Origin: Squalus acanthias
Lineage: Eukaryota
Reading direction: 5' to 3'
NCBI GenBank assembly: GCA_030390025.1
Contig: CM059432.1
Location: 95,172,001-95,236,000, forward strand
DNA: 64,000 nt
The position numbers were made by a program, and so were the translations under genes. Numbering within the stretch: position 1 is the stretch's first letter; every line of letters starts with the position of its first letter. Under the pieces are notes generated by a model. That model was not told the origin of the DNA and searched no databases. It worked only from the letters and a program-made list of their open reading frames with translations. This document shows, piece by piece, positions 48,351 through 62,214 of the stretch.

Positions 48351-49974
48351 ACGCGCCTTTCCCAATGTCGGGTCTCTCAGCGCTGAGCAGACCCGACACG
48401 CAGCGGTGGGGGACCCAATTAAGCTGATTATTGCCTTGTTGACAGATCATTAATAATACATTTAACCTTACCTTTTCTCTTTAATTGCTCGCCCACAGGG
48501 TCCACGCTGCTCGGGGATGACATCTGTTAAGCTGAGGCGGAAGTTGAATGGCCATTGAATGAGCTGATTACTTGACAGCCTGAAATGTGCTATAAAAGCT
48601 CCCACCTCACAGCTATTCACTTTCCAAGCTCAGAAGCTGTTGCTTACTCCATTTGGAACGCAGATTGAGCTTTATAAACAGGCTGCAAGTGTTTGGAGCA
48701 AACTCTCTATCCAGTGTCACGTCATTGGAACAACCTCACTCACCATTGACAGATCACCTCTGTCATCTCAACTTCACCTGCCATCTATTCCATCAGCATG
48801 GGTACTGTTTGTACTGTTTCACCTTGGTCCTCAGAATCTGACCACAATCAGCCCCAACACCAGCAGAACCAGGCACACCAGCAGCACCAACAACAACACC
48901 AACCTTCTCTGCAATCACCTAATGCTGCACAGGACAAAGGGCATCAGCACCTGAGCACATTGCTGCCCGGGAGTCCAGGGATGGCCTCACCATGGCCAGA
49001 TTTACTTCGCTTGACACTGTACACCCTGGCTGCCACATGATGCGCTAGGTTGACACCACCCCACACCAATACCATAAAGCATCCCTACAATGTCCAAGCC
49101 ATTCCTTTCACATTCATCACCATTGCGAGGAGTACCGTTATGTCTCACCATTCACTGCAATTCACTAAGCCACTTCCAAAGGTGCACACAAATCTATCCA
49201 TGAATGCAGAGTGTTGAAAATAAAGGTTTCAATGTTTGACAGCACATTAACAGAAACTTTACATGAACATTGGATAAAACACCCAAGTGGCTACCCTTGT
49301 GTGTTGTTACTTGGTATGATTGCATTAGGATGAGAGTGAGTGTGAGGGGTGGCTAGTGAGATGGGGATGTGATAATGTAGATAGAGAGAGAGGGATGGGT
49401 GGAGGTGCATGGTAAATAGGTGTGAGTAAGGAGGTGCAGGGGTAGGGTAGAGAAGGCAGAATGATGGGGTTGTGATGAGAGGCACAGCAGGATGAAGGTG
49501 AGTGTTGCTTTGTACTAACATTTCGTGATCTAACGAGATCATTGAAAAATTTGTGCCACTGTACCCAGGTCCTCCTGATGACATCCCTGCTTGTGCCCTC
49601 CTGTGCAATGTGCAACCAGGCTGTCTTGGCCTCCTGGGGAGGTCTCTTCCGCCCATCGGAAGGGAAGAGGACATTCCTGCGTGGTCTGACTCCCTTCATA
49701 AGCATATGGAGCAAGTCATGGGAGAACCTGGGTGCAGCCCTGCACCTCTGTGCAGTGATTGTCAGTGTTTACTGACAGCACAAATGTCAAAATAAAGTTG
49801 ATTATGTCACCAGACCCGCTTCCTCTAATTGGACCGGCAAACGTGCTGGGTGGGCTTAACAAGCCTCATCAATGGAAAGTAATTATGGACAGCGGGATTG
49901 AGCCAGCAGCGGGGTCGGGACCCGCCACCGACATCGCCCGCCACGGACCCGGCGAGGTAAGTAAAATCGCGGCC
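48351..49974 (-). mobile_element. Second copy of the non-autonomous Harbinger family at 26149-27924 (left end missing)
   Basis: Colinear similarity throughout; VLFPSDGRKRPPQEAKTAWLHIAQE...RTWVQWHKFFNDL; TIR aaaatcgcggcc. Confidence 0.88.
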
Positions 49975-50184
49975 AAAAAGTTTAAACTATATTGGAAAGT
50001 TAGCTGCTCATTGCTGTATAGAAAAATAAACCACATTTATCACTTTATTTCTATATAGCTGTACATGAAGTATGATGTCATATATGCCCAATGGAATGAT
50101 GTTAGATGGACAGATAGGGATTGACTCCAGAAAAACATATACCTGATCTGAGCAAAAAAATTTCAACTGAACAAAGAAAGGAAG

Positions 50185-50652
50185 AAGAAAGAGTTGCATT
50201 TATATAGTGCCTTTCATGACCACCGGACGTCCCAAAGTGCTTTACAGCCAATGAAGTACTTTTTTTTAAGTGTAGTCACTGTTGTAATGCAGGAAACATG
50301 GCTGCCAAAATGCGCACAGCAAGCTCCCACAAACAGCTATGTGATAATGACCAGATAATCTGTTTTAGTAATGTGGATTGAGGGATAAATATTGGCCAGG
50401 ACACCGGTGATAACTCCCCTGCTCCTCTTCGAAATGGTGCCATAAGATCTTTTACGTCCACCTGAGAGAGCAGATGGGGCCTCGGTTTAACGTCTCATCC
50501 AAAAGATGGCACCTCCGATAGTGCAGCGCTCCCTCAGCACTGCTCTGGAGTGTCAGCCTAGATTTTTGTGCTCAAGTCTCTGGAGTGGGACTATGAACCC
50601 ACAACCTTCTGACTCAGAGGCGAGGGTGCTACCAAGTGAGCCACGACTGACA
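50185..50652 (-). mobile_element. DeuSINE (SacSINE1/AmnSINE1-like), full length
   Basis: Head gtggctcacttggtagc...gggttcatagtccc; core gatgagacgttaaaccgaggcccc...ggtggacgtaaaagatc; L2-like tail. Confidence 0.88.
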
Positions 50653-52599
50653 AACCACTTCCATAGTACATATTTCCTGATCCAAGCAAAACAGAATCCA
50701 AAATCCTCAACCAAGCATAAAATGGAACACAATTATCTGGCCTTTAACACTCTGGCCTGAATATAGCTAATCCACTGCCAATTTTCACTGATAACATTGT
50801 TATACTGTAGCTACCAGTTTGACATTGATGTCTCTGTTACATTTTTTGGCTTTTACTCTTGTTACTTTTTTCAAATTCAGCATCTCAGCCCCTCCCATAG
50901 GCACGCCATTGCTCCCTATGTCCAAAAGTGTACCTTTACTTGCCCAATGGCTAGGTAACTAAGATTTATTAAACAGTAAATGGATAAATGAACAGAAACA
51001 TTGACACACTGTAGATATGTTGATAGAGTGAGATGAAGTGAGGTGGGAGGAAACACCTGTCTGGACCAGTTGGGTCCAATAGCCTGTTTCTGTGCTGTAA
51101 ATTCTATGTAGATTTACAGTTGATACTGGCTTAATTATTCCTCCTTGGAAAGTAAAAAATAATCGTCATGTAAATGTAAACTGGACCAGATATGGAGTCC
51201 CTGAATGTTAACCTTTATGTAAAAGTTTGTTGCTAACCAGCCATAGAGTCTATCTGGCCTATCTCTCCCTCTCTCTCTGATGTCTTTAGCTGGACTACTC
51301 AATTGAAACAAGAATGGCTGAGAAACTCTTAAACCATCTATTGAGACAAAGGACATCCAAACATGTGTCTTCCAAATTCAAAATAAACTACCAATGAAAT
51401 ATATATGCAAACAAAACCCACAAATGCTTGTTTTCGAATTGAATGGGTGGACCCTCCCTCAGCTACCTGACATGGACACAAAATAAGCTCGGCAATTTTC
51501 TGTGAGTGAACCTGTTTTTTCACCCCATATGTACTGTAACTGCAAGACATAAAACAATACCATGACACATCATAAACAAAAATGGTTCATCTTTGTCACA
51601 GGCTCTTTAGAGTGTTAACTTATATTGCCAGCTCCACAACATTCTCTGGTCAGTAAAAGGTGCATTCATGCAAGCATGTCTGTATTGAGCTCTACTCACT
51701 ACAGTCCAAATACTGGTTACATTTTTAATGTTAGTAATGAGCTCTCTGATAACTTAAAAAGGTTAAAAATTAAGTTTAAAAAGTTCACTTTGCACTGATT
51801 GTAGTAATAGTGAAGCTGGTGTGAAGTTAAAGTGGTATAAAACTATCTTCTTAAGGTGGTCTCATATCATTTGCAAAAATGCAATGTGACATCAGCTTTG
51901 ACAACTTCATTCCTAGGTTATATCATAAAGTTTGCATGGATATGAAACTGAAACAGCTTCATATTAATTTAGAATATGCTGGTCTATTACAGGCAGTAAC
52001 AATTTAGAAAGTTTGTCATTCTTGTGCCATATATATGTTTTCTGTATTGGATTTCCAATTTTATGTATTGATAAGGAATTGCTGATTAATTACTAAACAG
52101 GCAGTGGTAGAAAGATATACCACTGAATTACTTTTTTACTTGCAGTTTTATGAAATCCAGAATTTAAAATAACCCTAATCCAAGCATAATATGCCATGGT
52201 AAATTCATCACACCTTTATAGAAGAATTCAACTTTCAATTTCCCAATTATAAAAATCTTAAATGTTGAACAGCAATTATGTTATCAATCAGTATTCAAGA
52301 TTTCCTGCTAACTGACGTTAATAGTCAGCAGTCTTTAGTGCTTGGTATTACTAAGCAACAGAGCACATAGTGGCTGTTAATATCAAACCATAGTAGTTTG
52401 TGAAAATAGGTGGAAACACTTCCCTCATTTAAAATAAATACAATGCAACAGTATATAACAACTATTAACTGTAGTTTGGGGGTTATTGGTTCGAGGTAAA
52501 CTATTAAATGTGCAGCTCCCCCCTCATCAGCTTCAGAAGTGATCACTGTTCATTGTGCCTTATATCTGTCTTCAGGGATTATGAACATTCTCTGGCGTA

Positions 52600-55500
52600 T
52601 CTGGAACTCTCGGGTCAATAGTTTACCACTATAGCTCTAGACTGTAAACAATATTTGTATTATTCATTCGAATTCACAACATCGTATTCTAAAACAAGTA
52701 ACTTCTGACAACGTCCTGACAATGAAACATAGGAAATGTTATCAAATTGGAATTTTCCTTCCACCCAGGATTTGGCCATCCTGTGAAACAACTACACAAG
52801 TCGGAGGTCACAACTATCAGTGACACTGTGACTATTTTTTATTTTACCCAGGGACCCGACGAAAAAGAGCAGAACACTTTCTGACTACAGAACAGAAAGA
52901 CTAACTTTCTGTAAGTCAGATAGGAATGTACTTAACCAAAAATTGAGACAACGGATCAAAAGAATGTTCCGTTTAAAGGATTATTTTGTATGGAAGAAGA
53001 AAGCACTAGCTGCTTGGTTTATATCTGCAGTGGGAATAATGGAAAGATAAGATGACCTATGACAGTACTAGCGCCATCTCTATCTTTGCTCATTCTCCTT
53101 GTTTACCTTCCGTAGAACATGGGAAGATACGATATTCCGTTTACTTGTATATATTTGGATTTAGACAAAACGTGCGCATTAAATGGCATCTAAAGATGAA
53201 GAATGTGTTAAAAAAATTATAAGAGACTATACCATCTACTCACACACAAAGAGAATATAAAAACAAAAGTCTGGGTCGGTTGAAATGTAACAAGGGAAGA
53301 AGACACTTTTATGGGGAGCAGATTGAAAGCAATGGTTATATCAATGGGCTACAAACTTTTTACGGAGCTGTAGGAAATGTATTGAAAAATCTAACGAAAT
53401 GCTTCCATTTTACAAAATATACACCGTGCCACTTGAGTCTGGCATTAGTGTAAAGTCAATTCAGGGCCCAAATGAGTTAAAACTACACTTGCCAATTGTT
53501 TCATTACGCTTATCAAAATATAATTATCCACATTATTCGATTTTCAGGAATAATTGATTGCCATGTAATAGTACTTTTGTAAAATAAAACACCTGAACAT
53601 TTATTTATTTATCGTATTCTTCCAATAGCTGAAATACTTGAATCCTATTTTTGTGTTGAAATGTAAGAATAAGTTGCCTTTGTAGGTGTTTTTCATTGTA
53701 AAAAGAACATAGTGAATTTTGAAATGACACACTTGTACTCGCGGGAACTTCATGTGTTATTACAGACACTTCATAGATATTCGATACACATTAGTATCAA
53801 ATTAGACCTTTTTGCATTGATGGTAATATTGTAAATCTTTGCCACTAACATTTCCAAATATTTTACTAGTGATTCGTTAAAACGCTCTGTTTTAACGAAT
53901 CATTATGTTTGCAGCATCACACAATGAATATATCTGTGTGTATAGATCCAAAAAAGTACTATCATGATTCAGTTGGTGTTGTCAACATGATTTGTTGAGG
54001 CATCTGTTCGTCTCACCTGTAACGTTGGCACTGAGTAATTATAGTGCTCACGGAGGTTTAATTCAGCTTGGCTCTTTCATGTAACTATTTTTTAATTAAT
54101 ATTTATAAATGTAAAGACCTGCAACCTGCTTCGAAGTGTGTAGTTGAGAACGTTAAAAACAGAAATTGGACCGCAAACGTTAGATTCCGAAGACGACTCT
54201 CGATTTCACTCACGAGTAAACCTTAAAATGTAAACCGACCATTGCTTTTTCACCCCAGGAAGTGGCTCAGGTTGCAGTCTTATACATTACTCCAGTTATA
54301 TTTGTAAACAGATAATTATATATATATATATATATATAAAATAACAGCCCTGTATTATAGAGATTAAAATGACGAACCCACAAGTGTGAACTGCGTAAAA
54401 TACTTACAAGGAAGCTGTGTCAATAATTACTTGTAATTATATATAAATATAGCCTCATTAACAGCACTGCGCGGAAAATAGTTATCCATTCATCACTATT
54501 TGTTTAATTTGCCATTAATGACTCATTAAAGCTTCTTTCTCAATAAATATATGAGCGATGGCAACAGACATTACACCATTTTGCTATTTCTACTTTAAAA
54601 CCTGCAGGGTCAAATCTTCAACTGTTAAGTGATGTGGGTATTTTGAAAGTTGGGAAGGGCATTCAGTACTTGGCGGACTAAGAAAAAATTATCCTCTGGA
54701 AAATTAGAGAAACTTTTCCATGATTATTTTTTTAAATGTCTAATCCCTTTCATGAAAAAGAAATCGTTTGAAGTATCATCAACCTGATCAACCCACCAAC
54801 ATTGTCTTCAGATATATTTAACATAATAAAGGAGCCGCTGATTCAAAATTCCTCAGTTTCAGCCTATAAAATTGGGATTTAATATCCGAGCTAATAAGAT
54901 GAATAATTTTCGCATTAAGGGCGTTAAATTTATCTTCGGAGTTAAAATTCAGACTAAGTGGCTAGTCCCAAATTACGTTACATAAGGCAACATCCTCTGC
55001 TCTGTCAATCATTTGTGTTTCCAATTTTATTTGGTTATGTATAAATGGCGAGCACCATCACACTGAGCAATATATGTTTCCATAGAAAAAATTCATTCAA
55101 TTAGCCTAAAAGTGCTATCGCTACTTTTTCTTATTATTTTGTTGTATTTCTGATTAAGGAAAGCGATGCTTTGTAACAAAACGTGAATTGCGGCAAACTG
55201 TGTATTTGTGAGTCAAAAAATCATTAAAAAGATAGTGTAACCTGTACTTTCTGCACATTTTTCTGTTCAGTACCAAACACATCATCACTCAGATTAATAT
55301 TCACTGAAACTATAGCACGATTGTTTATGCTTTCAGTACTTTTGGAAACCCTCTATAATTTTAAAAGGAACCCGCCGTTGCTTTATCTAAAATATTATTA
55401 AAAATATCTTCACTTCTCTACTAGAAGGTATTGGTAGAGGTTTTATGTAATCAATACTTGTTGGATCCAAAAGAACCTCCGGATTGCTAAACAGACTGCG

Positions 55501-58500
55501 ATACCTGATGAAGGGGATCGTAGTTTAAAATCATATTCAGTTCACTCGGAGACCACTACACTTTATTTATCACCGTATATGACAATACAACACGCCGCCC
55601 CTATTAATTTTAAATCTGATTGTATATTCGAGGAAAGTTTTGAAAACAAAATTATGCGTTTACTTGACTGTACTGAAGTGATATCGACATATTTCCACTG
55701 CATGTTCTATTAAATGTGGCAAACTAGAACCAGAAAAGAGAAACACTCTTGAAATTGACAATTAGATTATTTCAATGACACCCGCATATTTACATTATAA
55801 GCGAAATTATGAACAAACCCGTTTCAACTTGGTCACACACACAAATTGCTGATCTGGAATTCGGATATGGCATTCGCATTAATAATTATAGTGTTTCGCC
55901 AGTTTTAATTATAATGAAAGATGTTTTTCAAAAGTTAAACTACCATTTTAACTCACTGTAATATCAAAAATGGCTGTGCGCAATTTGGCTCAAGGCAGCA
56001 GGAATCTACAACTGAACCAGTGTAATGGTTGAGGACAGAAAATATTGTTGGCTTTCCGGTTCTTAACCGAAATTTTCATTTTTCAGTGTTGACTGCATTA
56101 CAGAAAGTTGGGGAATTCAAGTAACGAAGATGAATTATATAACGGCTGGATTTAAAACTAATTTGTCATATAGTAGAGCCGCAGCCTGAAAATAGGTTTT
56201 CTAATTATGTTGCTAAACCGTAATGTACACTGAAAACGTTGTCAAATGGGAAACTTTTATACCTTTTAGTTTAAACTGTGCGTGTCTCCAAACGAATAAA
56301 TAATCCATAAGGAAACACGAAGTATTGTTAGCCGTTTAATCATAATGGAACTAGAGCATGGTTCATTGGAAAGCACTTCACCAGGTTTAATCTCATTTGT
56401 TACAGTAAGACACATGGCTTAATGGGAGACCTGAACACAAAATGAAACATTAAATAATATTTTGTATATACCCAAACAGCGCACTGACTTTGACATACTA
56501 GGTGGATTAAATTCTGCTAAGACCCAACTGTAAATAATTGGGGAATGTGAATGTTGTGATGCTATTTTCCTTTCTTCCCTGCAGCCTGTTAAAATGTGAG
56601 AGAGCTCTCGGATGGGGAGACAGTTCGGCGTCCAACGTTCATTCCTGTGTGCCATTCTTTAACACTGCTATCAGAGGAGAACACACACAGCTTGTTCTGT
56701 TTAGTCCAGTCACCTCATCACTCTTCTGCTGACCGCGGCAGCACAACAATCTCTACAGCTCCGTGGAACCTGTAGCCGTCCTCCGCTGCAGGAAAGAGCC
56801 AGTCACTAAACCCAGTGTGAAATTCTCAGCCTTCCTCTTCTGCGCAAAAAATAAGCAGCCACCCTTCACAGCTGGGCGACTCGTTTCAATCATCGACAAC
56901 ACGAAACAGTCAGAATTAAACTGAGCAAAACTATACACACCGCTCGGCAAAAACAGTTACATTCCCATTTTCAAGGTAATATAATCAATTCCTCTTTGTA
57001 TAATATCAGTTACGGTATGCCACCCTTTACAGAACCAAGCAGACTTCTTCAGCGCTAAAAGTAATAATCCGATTCCCATTTAGAAGATAACACACCGGCC
57101 TATCTTAGAAACCAAGTTACTTAGAAAGATCCATGAGAACTCATTATCCTTCTTTTGCGTGAACATTAGAAGCTACAAGGATATAGCTACTTATACGAAG
57201 CTGCATCCATATGTCAATATTATTTTGCCATGCGTTAGAGGGATAATCGCTGTGAACACAAACCGCGCAGCCACTTGCTATTTCACTGAACGAATATGCA
57301 AAATGCAGTTCTATGCATCAGTCAAGTACTGTAAAGCCAGTGAGCATCAACTGTCTGGCCTCAGTACAAGCTCCACACCAGTGTGCGAGTGTTATGTGTA
57401 CATATACATACATATGTATAATGAACTTTACATGTACTAGATTCAGGTAACTATTTCTCTGTAGTACCAATATATGTACTATATTAATTTTAATACTCCT
57501 GACAACGAAATCCTAGACCTTTTTTCTGATCGCCTTTTTTTAGCTCTGTTTTTGATGCTGAAAAAGGTGACCTAAATGTTACCTCAAACTTAATAAACTA
57601 GTCATTGCTGATTAGTGGTCTATTTATAATGCAGCCAGATCGCAAACACACAGGTCTGTCTTAATTTCACCAAGGAGACGCAAGTCAGCCTTATATATAT
57701 ATTGTCGTCCCACAATTTCAATCAAAGCCACTTAGCCACTGACGTGATTATTTGACTAATTGTTTATTTCAATTTGCACTTTGTTCAATGTGCAGTTTGT
57801 GTAATGAATCCCGGGAGTAAATTATCACTTACTTTTAAAGGTTGAAAGAAGGATCCCTGGTAAGGCAATGGAAGGTGTCAGGCCCCTGACGCCGAGATGG
57901 TTTAGCTAAACCGACAGACCTTTACAAATGGTTCGAGTGCAGTCGCAGACAAATTAACAGGACAGACTATTAATTAATAAGTGCTTCTTATGCAACAAGC
58001 GGCGATACAGAAAGATTTGTAACTCCCTCGCAGGACTGGACGTAAGGATTTTTGAAAACTGATAACGAAATCAAAAGCATGTCTCGGAAAACGACTATTG
58101 CATAATGGTAGCCGCATTGCAAACCACTTAAGTGTCGGAATTAAATGTCCACATTACCAGCGATATGGTGGCGCTTGAATATCGATATTTCTGAAAGTGT
58201 AACGGCAGTATCGATCGGGCTTTGTGTGGGATATTCCAGCGGGCAATTGAGATAGCTGCATTGATGCTTTTTAATAAGCCAGGGTTGCTGTCAGTAAGAA
58301 GCACAGAGGCTGAAAACTCTTGCAGAAAGGGATAGAAGGGATTTTGAAAGATCGAAATCAAACTGTACTTTACGGTTTGGGGCTACGTGTATTCTGAAAA
58401 TATGAATACATTGGCAGTGTTATAATAATATAGTCCTGGTTTATAGTAAGCGATCAAAACGCACGGATCTGCTTGTAATTGACTGGAACAGATTAGACTT

Positions 58501-61304
58501 CCCTAGTTGTTTCCCTGTTTTGTTTTGTTTTGAAAGGTTTCTATTCACTTGTCCACTGCTGACACTGGTTCTACACAAATGTTTACAAAAGTAAAATAAA
58601 TGGATAAACCCGTTAAACAGAAACCTCGTTCTCTTGAAGCGGTTGCCTTTGGTGAAGTTGTGCTGGGTTTTTTTTATGGGCGCTTTTATTTAACTCTGAA
58701 ATTGCAGACTTCCGTGTACCTAATACAGCTCGAGGTCTCTCCGAAAGCCGGGCAGTTCCGCCGGCTTGGCTCAGATTGATGAAAGAAATCTGAATGCCGA
58801 ACTGCACACCTGACCTCAGGGCAACCGAGTTATTTTAACCGTGCAACGTTTTTTCTCCCCGCAGGGGCCGCTTAATCTTTTACAAGATAATGGAGGCAAA
58901 GCAATAGAGCAAACTAGCGGCATGGTTAGCGCCTACGTAACGTTGCATAATATGCCTTCAAACGTATTCGTTCCAAGTAGTTAGCGCCTAAAAACTACTG
59001 AAATCGACAAAACCAGACAGGTGCAATGTGTATTTACCAGCCCTGAAACAGCGCACTAGAATGCATATTTTTTATTTAGCACACGATTACAAAATGTCTA
59101 CACGAGTTTTAGGTCGGTGTCACATTCTTCTCCCCGAAGGTAGTCTATAATGTGTTACTTTTAGTTAGGGTGTATAAGATCGGAGTTCAAAGAGTCTGCT
59201 GTCCCTTTCTTCACTCAATCATTTTCACATTCTCTCCCTATTTATCTCTTTCTATCTGGCACCCTGTCTCTGATTCCCTCAGTCTTTCCGTCTCTACCTA
59301 TCTATGGGACTGGAGATATAAGCGAGACGTGTGGAGAGCTTACTGTCTTTCTGTGGGCCAGTTCTGCTGGGGTCATGGTGTATGTTAGGGCTGGCACCGC
59401 TGTGGAGGCGCTGCAGAGTCTGTGTTTAGTCAGCACTGTGTGAATCCAATCAGGATCTCCAGTTTTCCAGTGAATTGTGTTCAAGGCGCTGCCTCCTCTC
59501 AAATAGCCCGGCAGAGAGCAGGGACACGCACTCTACCACCCAGCACCTAGACACACTGGTCTTAAGACACACTGGACTTCTGCAAACACCTAACTGATGG
59601 CAAACCACTATTAGGTCGGCACCTTTCTTTCCGCACTCTTTCAGATGCTGAGCGGTCTGGTTCAAGTGTAGAATGACGGCGGTGATAGTACTTGGATGTT
59701 TTGTGGTTATTTATCGTGCGTTTAGTTCTTATCTATTATAGTTCTTATCTCGGAGTTATCTTACTCTAGTCTGGCGTAACTAAGACATATTACTTACTGT
59801 TCGTTTTGGGCCTATCTATATCGATGTGTGGTTTCTGTAATTTCTGACGAACTTATCTTTAGAAACCTCAGCGCTTTCGCTACTATGGAAAACTAATTAC
59901 TTTCGAGTTTACAAGTTGCCGATTTGTCTCGATCAGTTCCGTCGAGGTGCCTAGTTATTAACAGGGACTTCTAAGGACAGGTTAGGTCGCATTTAATGTA
60001 GCACCTACGTTAATATCATTTTATAAATTGAAATCTTCAAATAGCGCTGTGTTGGGACAAGGCGGGGGGGCGGGGGGAAACGCCAGAGGCGAGGTTGCAG
60101 CATGTTTCCTCACACGCTTGTCTTGTGGACTCGGTTAGGAAGGAATGCTAATGATTGTTTAAACCTAAAACTTAAAGGCAGACTTTGCGATGGTTCCGAT
60201 TGGTATCGTGTAAAAATCAATGTCTGTAAACCAGGTGGGTAAAAGGTACAATGATAAATGGAAAAGTCTGCGTGGAATGATGTTGCTACACAGTACATTC
60301 TCTCCCTCTCTCTCTCCGTTAACCTTATGGGAATTTTAACTTCCCACTGTTTAATTTTAAAGCCGTCTAACCTTTTAAAAAGATGGGGGTTGATTTTTTT
60401 CAGTCTATGGCGAACCCACGGGCGCCGGCTGTTTTAGGATCATGCTACAGTTTGTTAAAGAGCAACAAAAGGATTATATTCGATATCTGATGTAAAGTTA
60501 ATTTAAATGCAGAGCCCCACGCTGTATCGGGGAGTCAATACAGTTGGAGCCAAATTTAACACTTAAAATGACACTGTCTGGTTGACTTTGTTGAGAAGCG
60601 CCACTGGCTTCTGGCTGACTCTAGGGATTATATGCCACAAGCTTCTGCATTTCATAAGGACACTTTACAATAGTCTGATTTAAGCCACGTGTGGTCACCA
60701 AGATAATCATTTGTAACTTCTGATATTAAACTGGACGTTTTCACTTTCCAATAACCCAGTGTCTTTTAGATTTAATTGTATTCTTACTTTGGACACCAGT
60801 GATCTCTTCATATCGGGACTAATTTAAAAGGCCACTAGTGACTAGTTCATGATTATAATCACTATGCAATTTTGAGAAAAAATAAATTTCATTGAAAAGT
60901 CATAAAGCTTTAAAATGACGTATTCGGCGTAACTGCATAAAGAGTCTCCCAAAGGAGAAACGCCGTGAGTTACTTTTAATACATTTTATAAATCAGTAGG
61001 TCAATGATTCTTCGACTCTTAACCATTTTATCACATTACATTGTGTTGAAAAAGAACAGACACGCCAAATTGCTCGGACGGTTTGTTTTTTTAAAAGATA
61101 TTTAAGTGTCTGATACTATTGTTCCCTTTGTCTGGTGGGCGACGGTACGATAATATGAGACTTGAGTTAATTTAATTAGCAACTAACTGGAGAATGGCTC
61201 TCTTGCTGTGTGTGTTTTTCTACCTCCCTCCCTCTCCCCCCTCTCTCTCTCTCTGTTATTGATTCTGTACACTTACTGTGTGTTTCTTTTGGGCTGATCT
61301 CCAG
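52600..61304 (+). promoter_or_regulatory. Transposon-poor, CpG-retaining GATA6 upstream/promoter/intron-1 region
   Basis: No recognisable TE copies. CpG dinucleotides are visibly more frequent than in the unique DNA upstream. Adjacent to the GATA6 coding exon, whose acceptor implies an upstream non-coding exon. Confidence 0.6.
59683..59858. promoter_or_regulatory. Cluster of WGATAR (GATA-factor) motifs
   Basis: tgatag at 59683; ttatct at 59729, 59745, 59756 and 59853; ctatct at 59812. Confidence 0.5.
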
Positions 61305-61340
61305 GACCGCACTTTGGCGTTTGGACTCCTCAGAACCTGG

Positions 61341-62214
61341 ATGGACCTGAATGAACCCGACTGGTCAAACGTGGCAAAACACCTAACATCAAACGGGCTG
61401 AGCTCACCGGCTGACCAGCCTTACCTAAAGTTTGCTGGTCGCCACCACAGTGGCGGAGAGGGAAGCTCGGGATCAGAAGAAAGCTTGAGATTAGCGGGAT
61501 CCTCGGTTACCAATCTGGACACTGATAGGAACCACCTTCTGCAAGGGAGGTCAGTAGACGCCTACGTCCCCTTTGGCCACAGCTCGGAAGAGCTCGCAAC
61601 TTTTATTACGGATCTGGATCAAACAGGCAAACTGTTCCTGTCTAGAGGAATAAAGAGGGAATTTGTGACACATCCATCTATTGAAATGTACCAAAGTTTG
61701 CCTGTGGCAGCTGCCCAGGGTCCGAGTACCTACCCGCACGATGTTCCCAACAATTTCATGCACTCCAGTACAAGTTCTCCCGTCTATGTTCCTACCACCA
61801 GGGTTAGCTCCATGATCCAGAGCATCCCCTATCTCCAGGGCAGCGGATCGAGCCAACAGAGTCACCCCGTTACTAACCACTCGGTCTGGACTCAGCCTGC
61901 CACAGAAAGCTCAACCTATAGCTCTAGCAGCCCTCATCATATGGTTTCCAGCAGATTCTCCTTCTCCCCGAGCCCACCAATTTCAAACGGAGCTGCTCGA
62001 GATTCCGCCTACAGTAACAGTCTGAATATGAATGGCAGAGATCAGTACACTAGCCCTTTGGCCAGGCCTCTTAATGGATCTTACCCCAGCCCTTACACTT
62101 CTTACGTTGGACCACAGTTGACTTCGGCTTGGACTGCAGGGTCTTTTGAAAACTCAATGCTGCATAGCTTGCAGAGCAGACCTACAACTATGCCTGTCCG
62201 GGGACCCAATGGAG
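61341..62214 (+). CDS. GATA6: GATA6 first coding exon (N-terminal transactivation region; the zinc fingers lie beyond the window)
   Basis: The ORF contains the GATA4/5/6 N-terminal motifs MYQSL, SSPVYVPTTRV, PYLQ, RFSFSPSPP, RPLNGSYPSPYTSY and FENSMLHSLQ. An in-frame 115-codon extension (MDLNEPDWS...) precedes MYQSL, as is typical of GATA6. Acceptor after a pyrimidine tract: ctccag|G at 61304/61305. Phase-1 donor G|gtaagt at 62214/62215. Confidence 0.93.
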
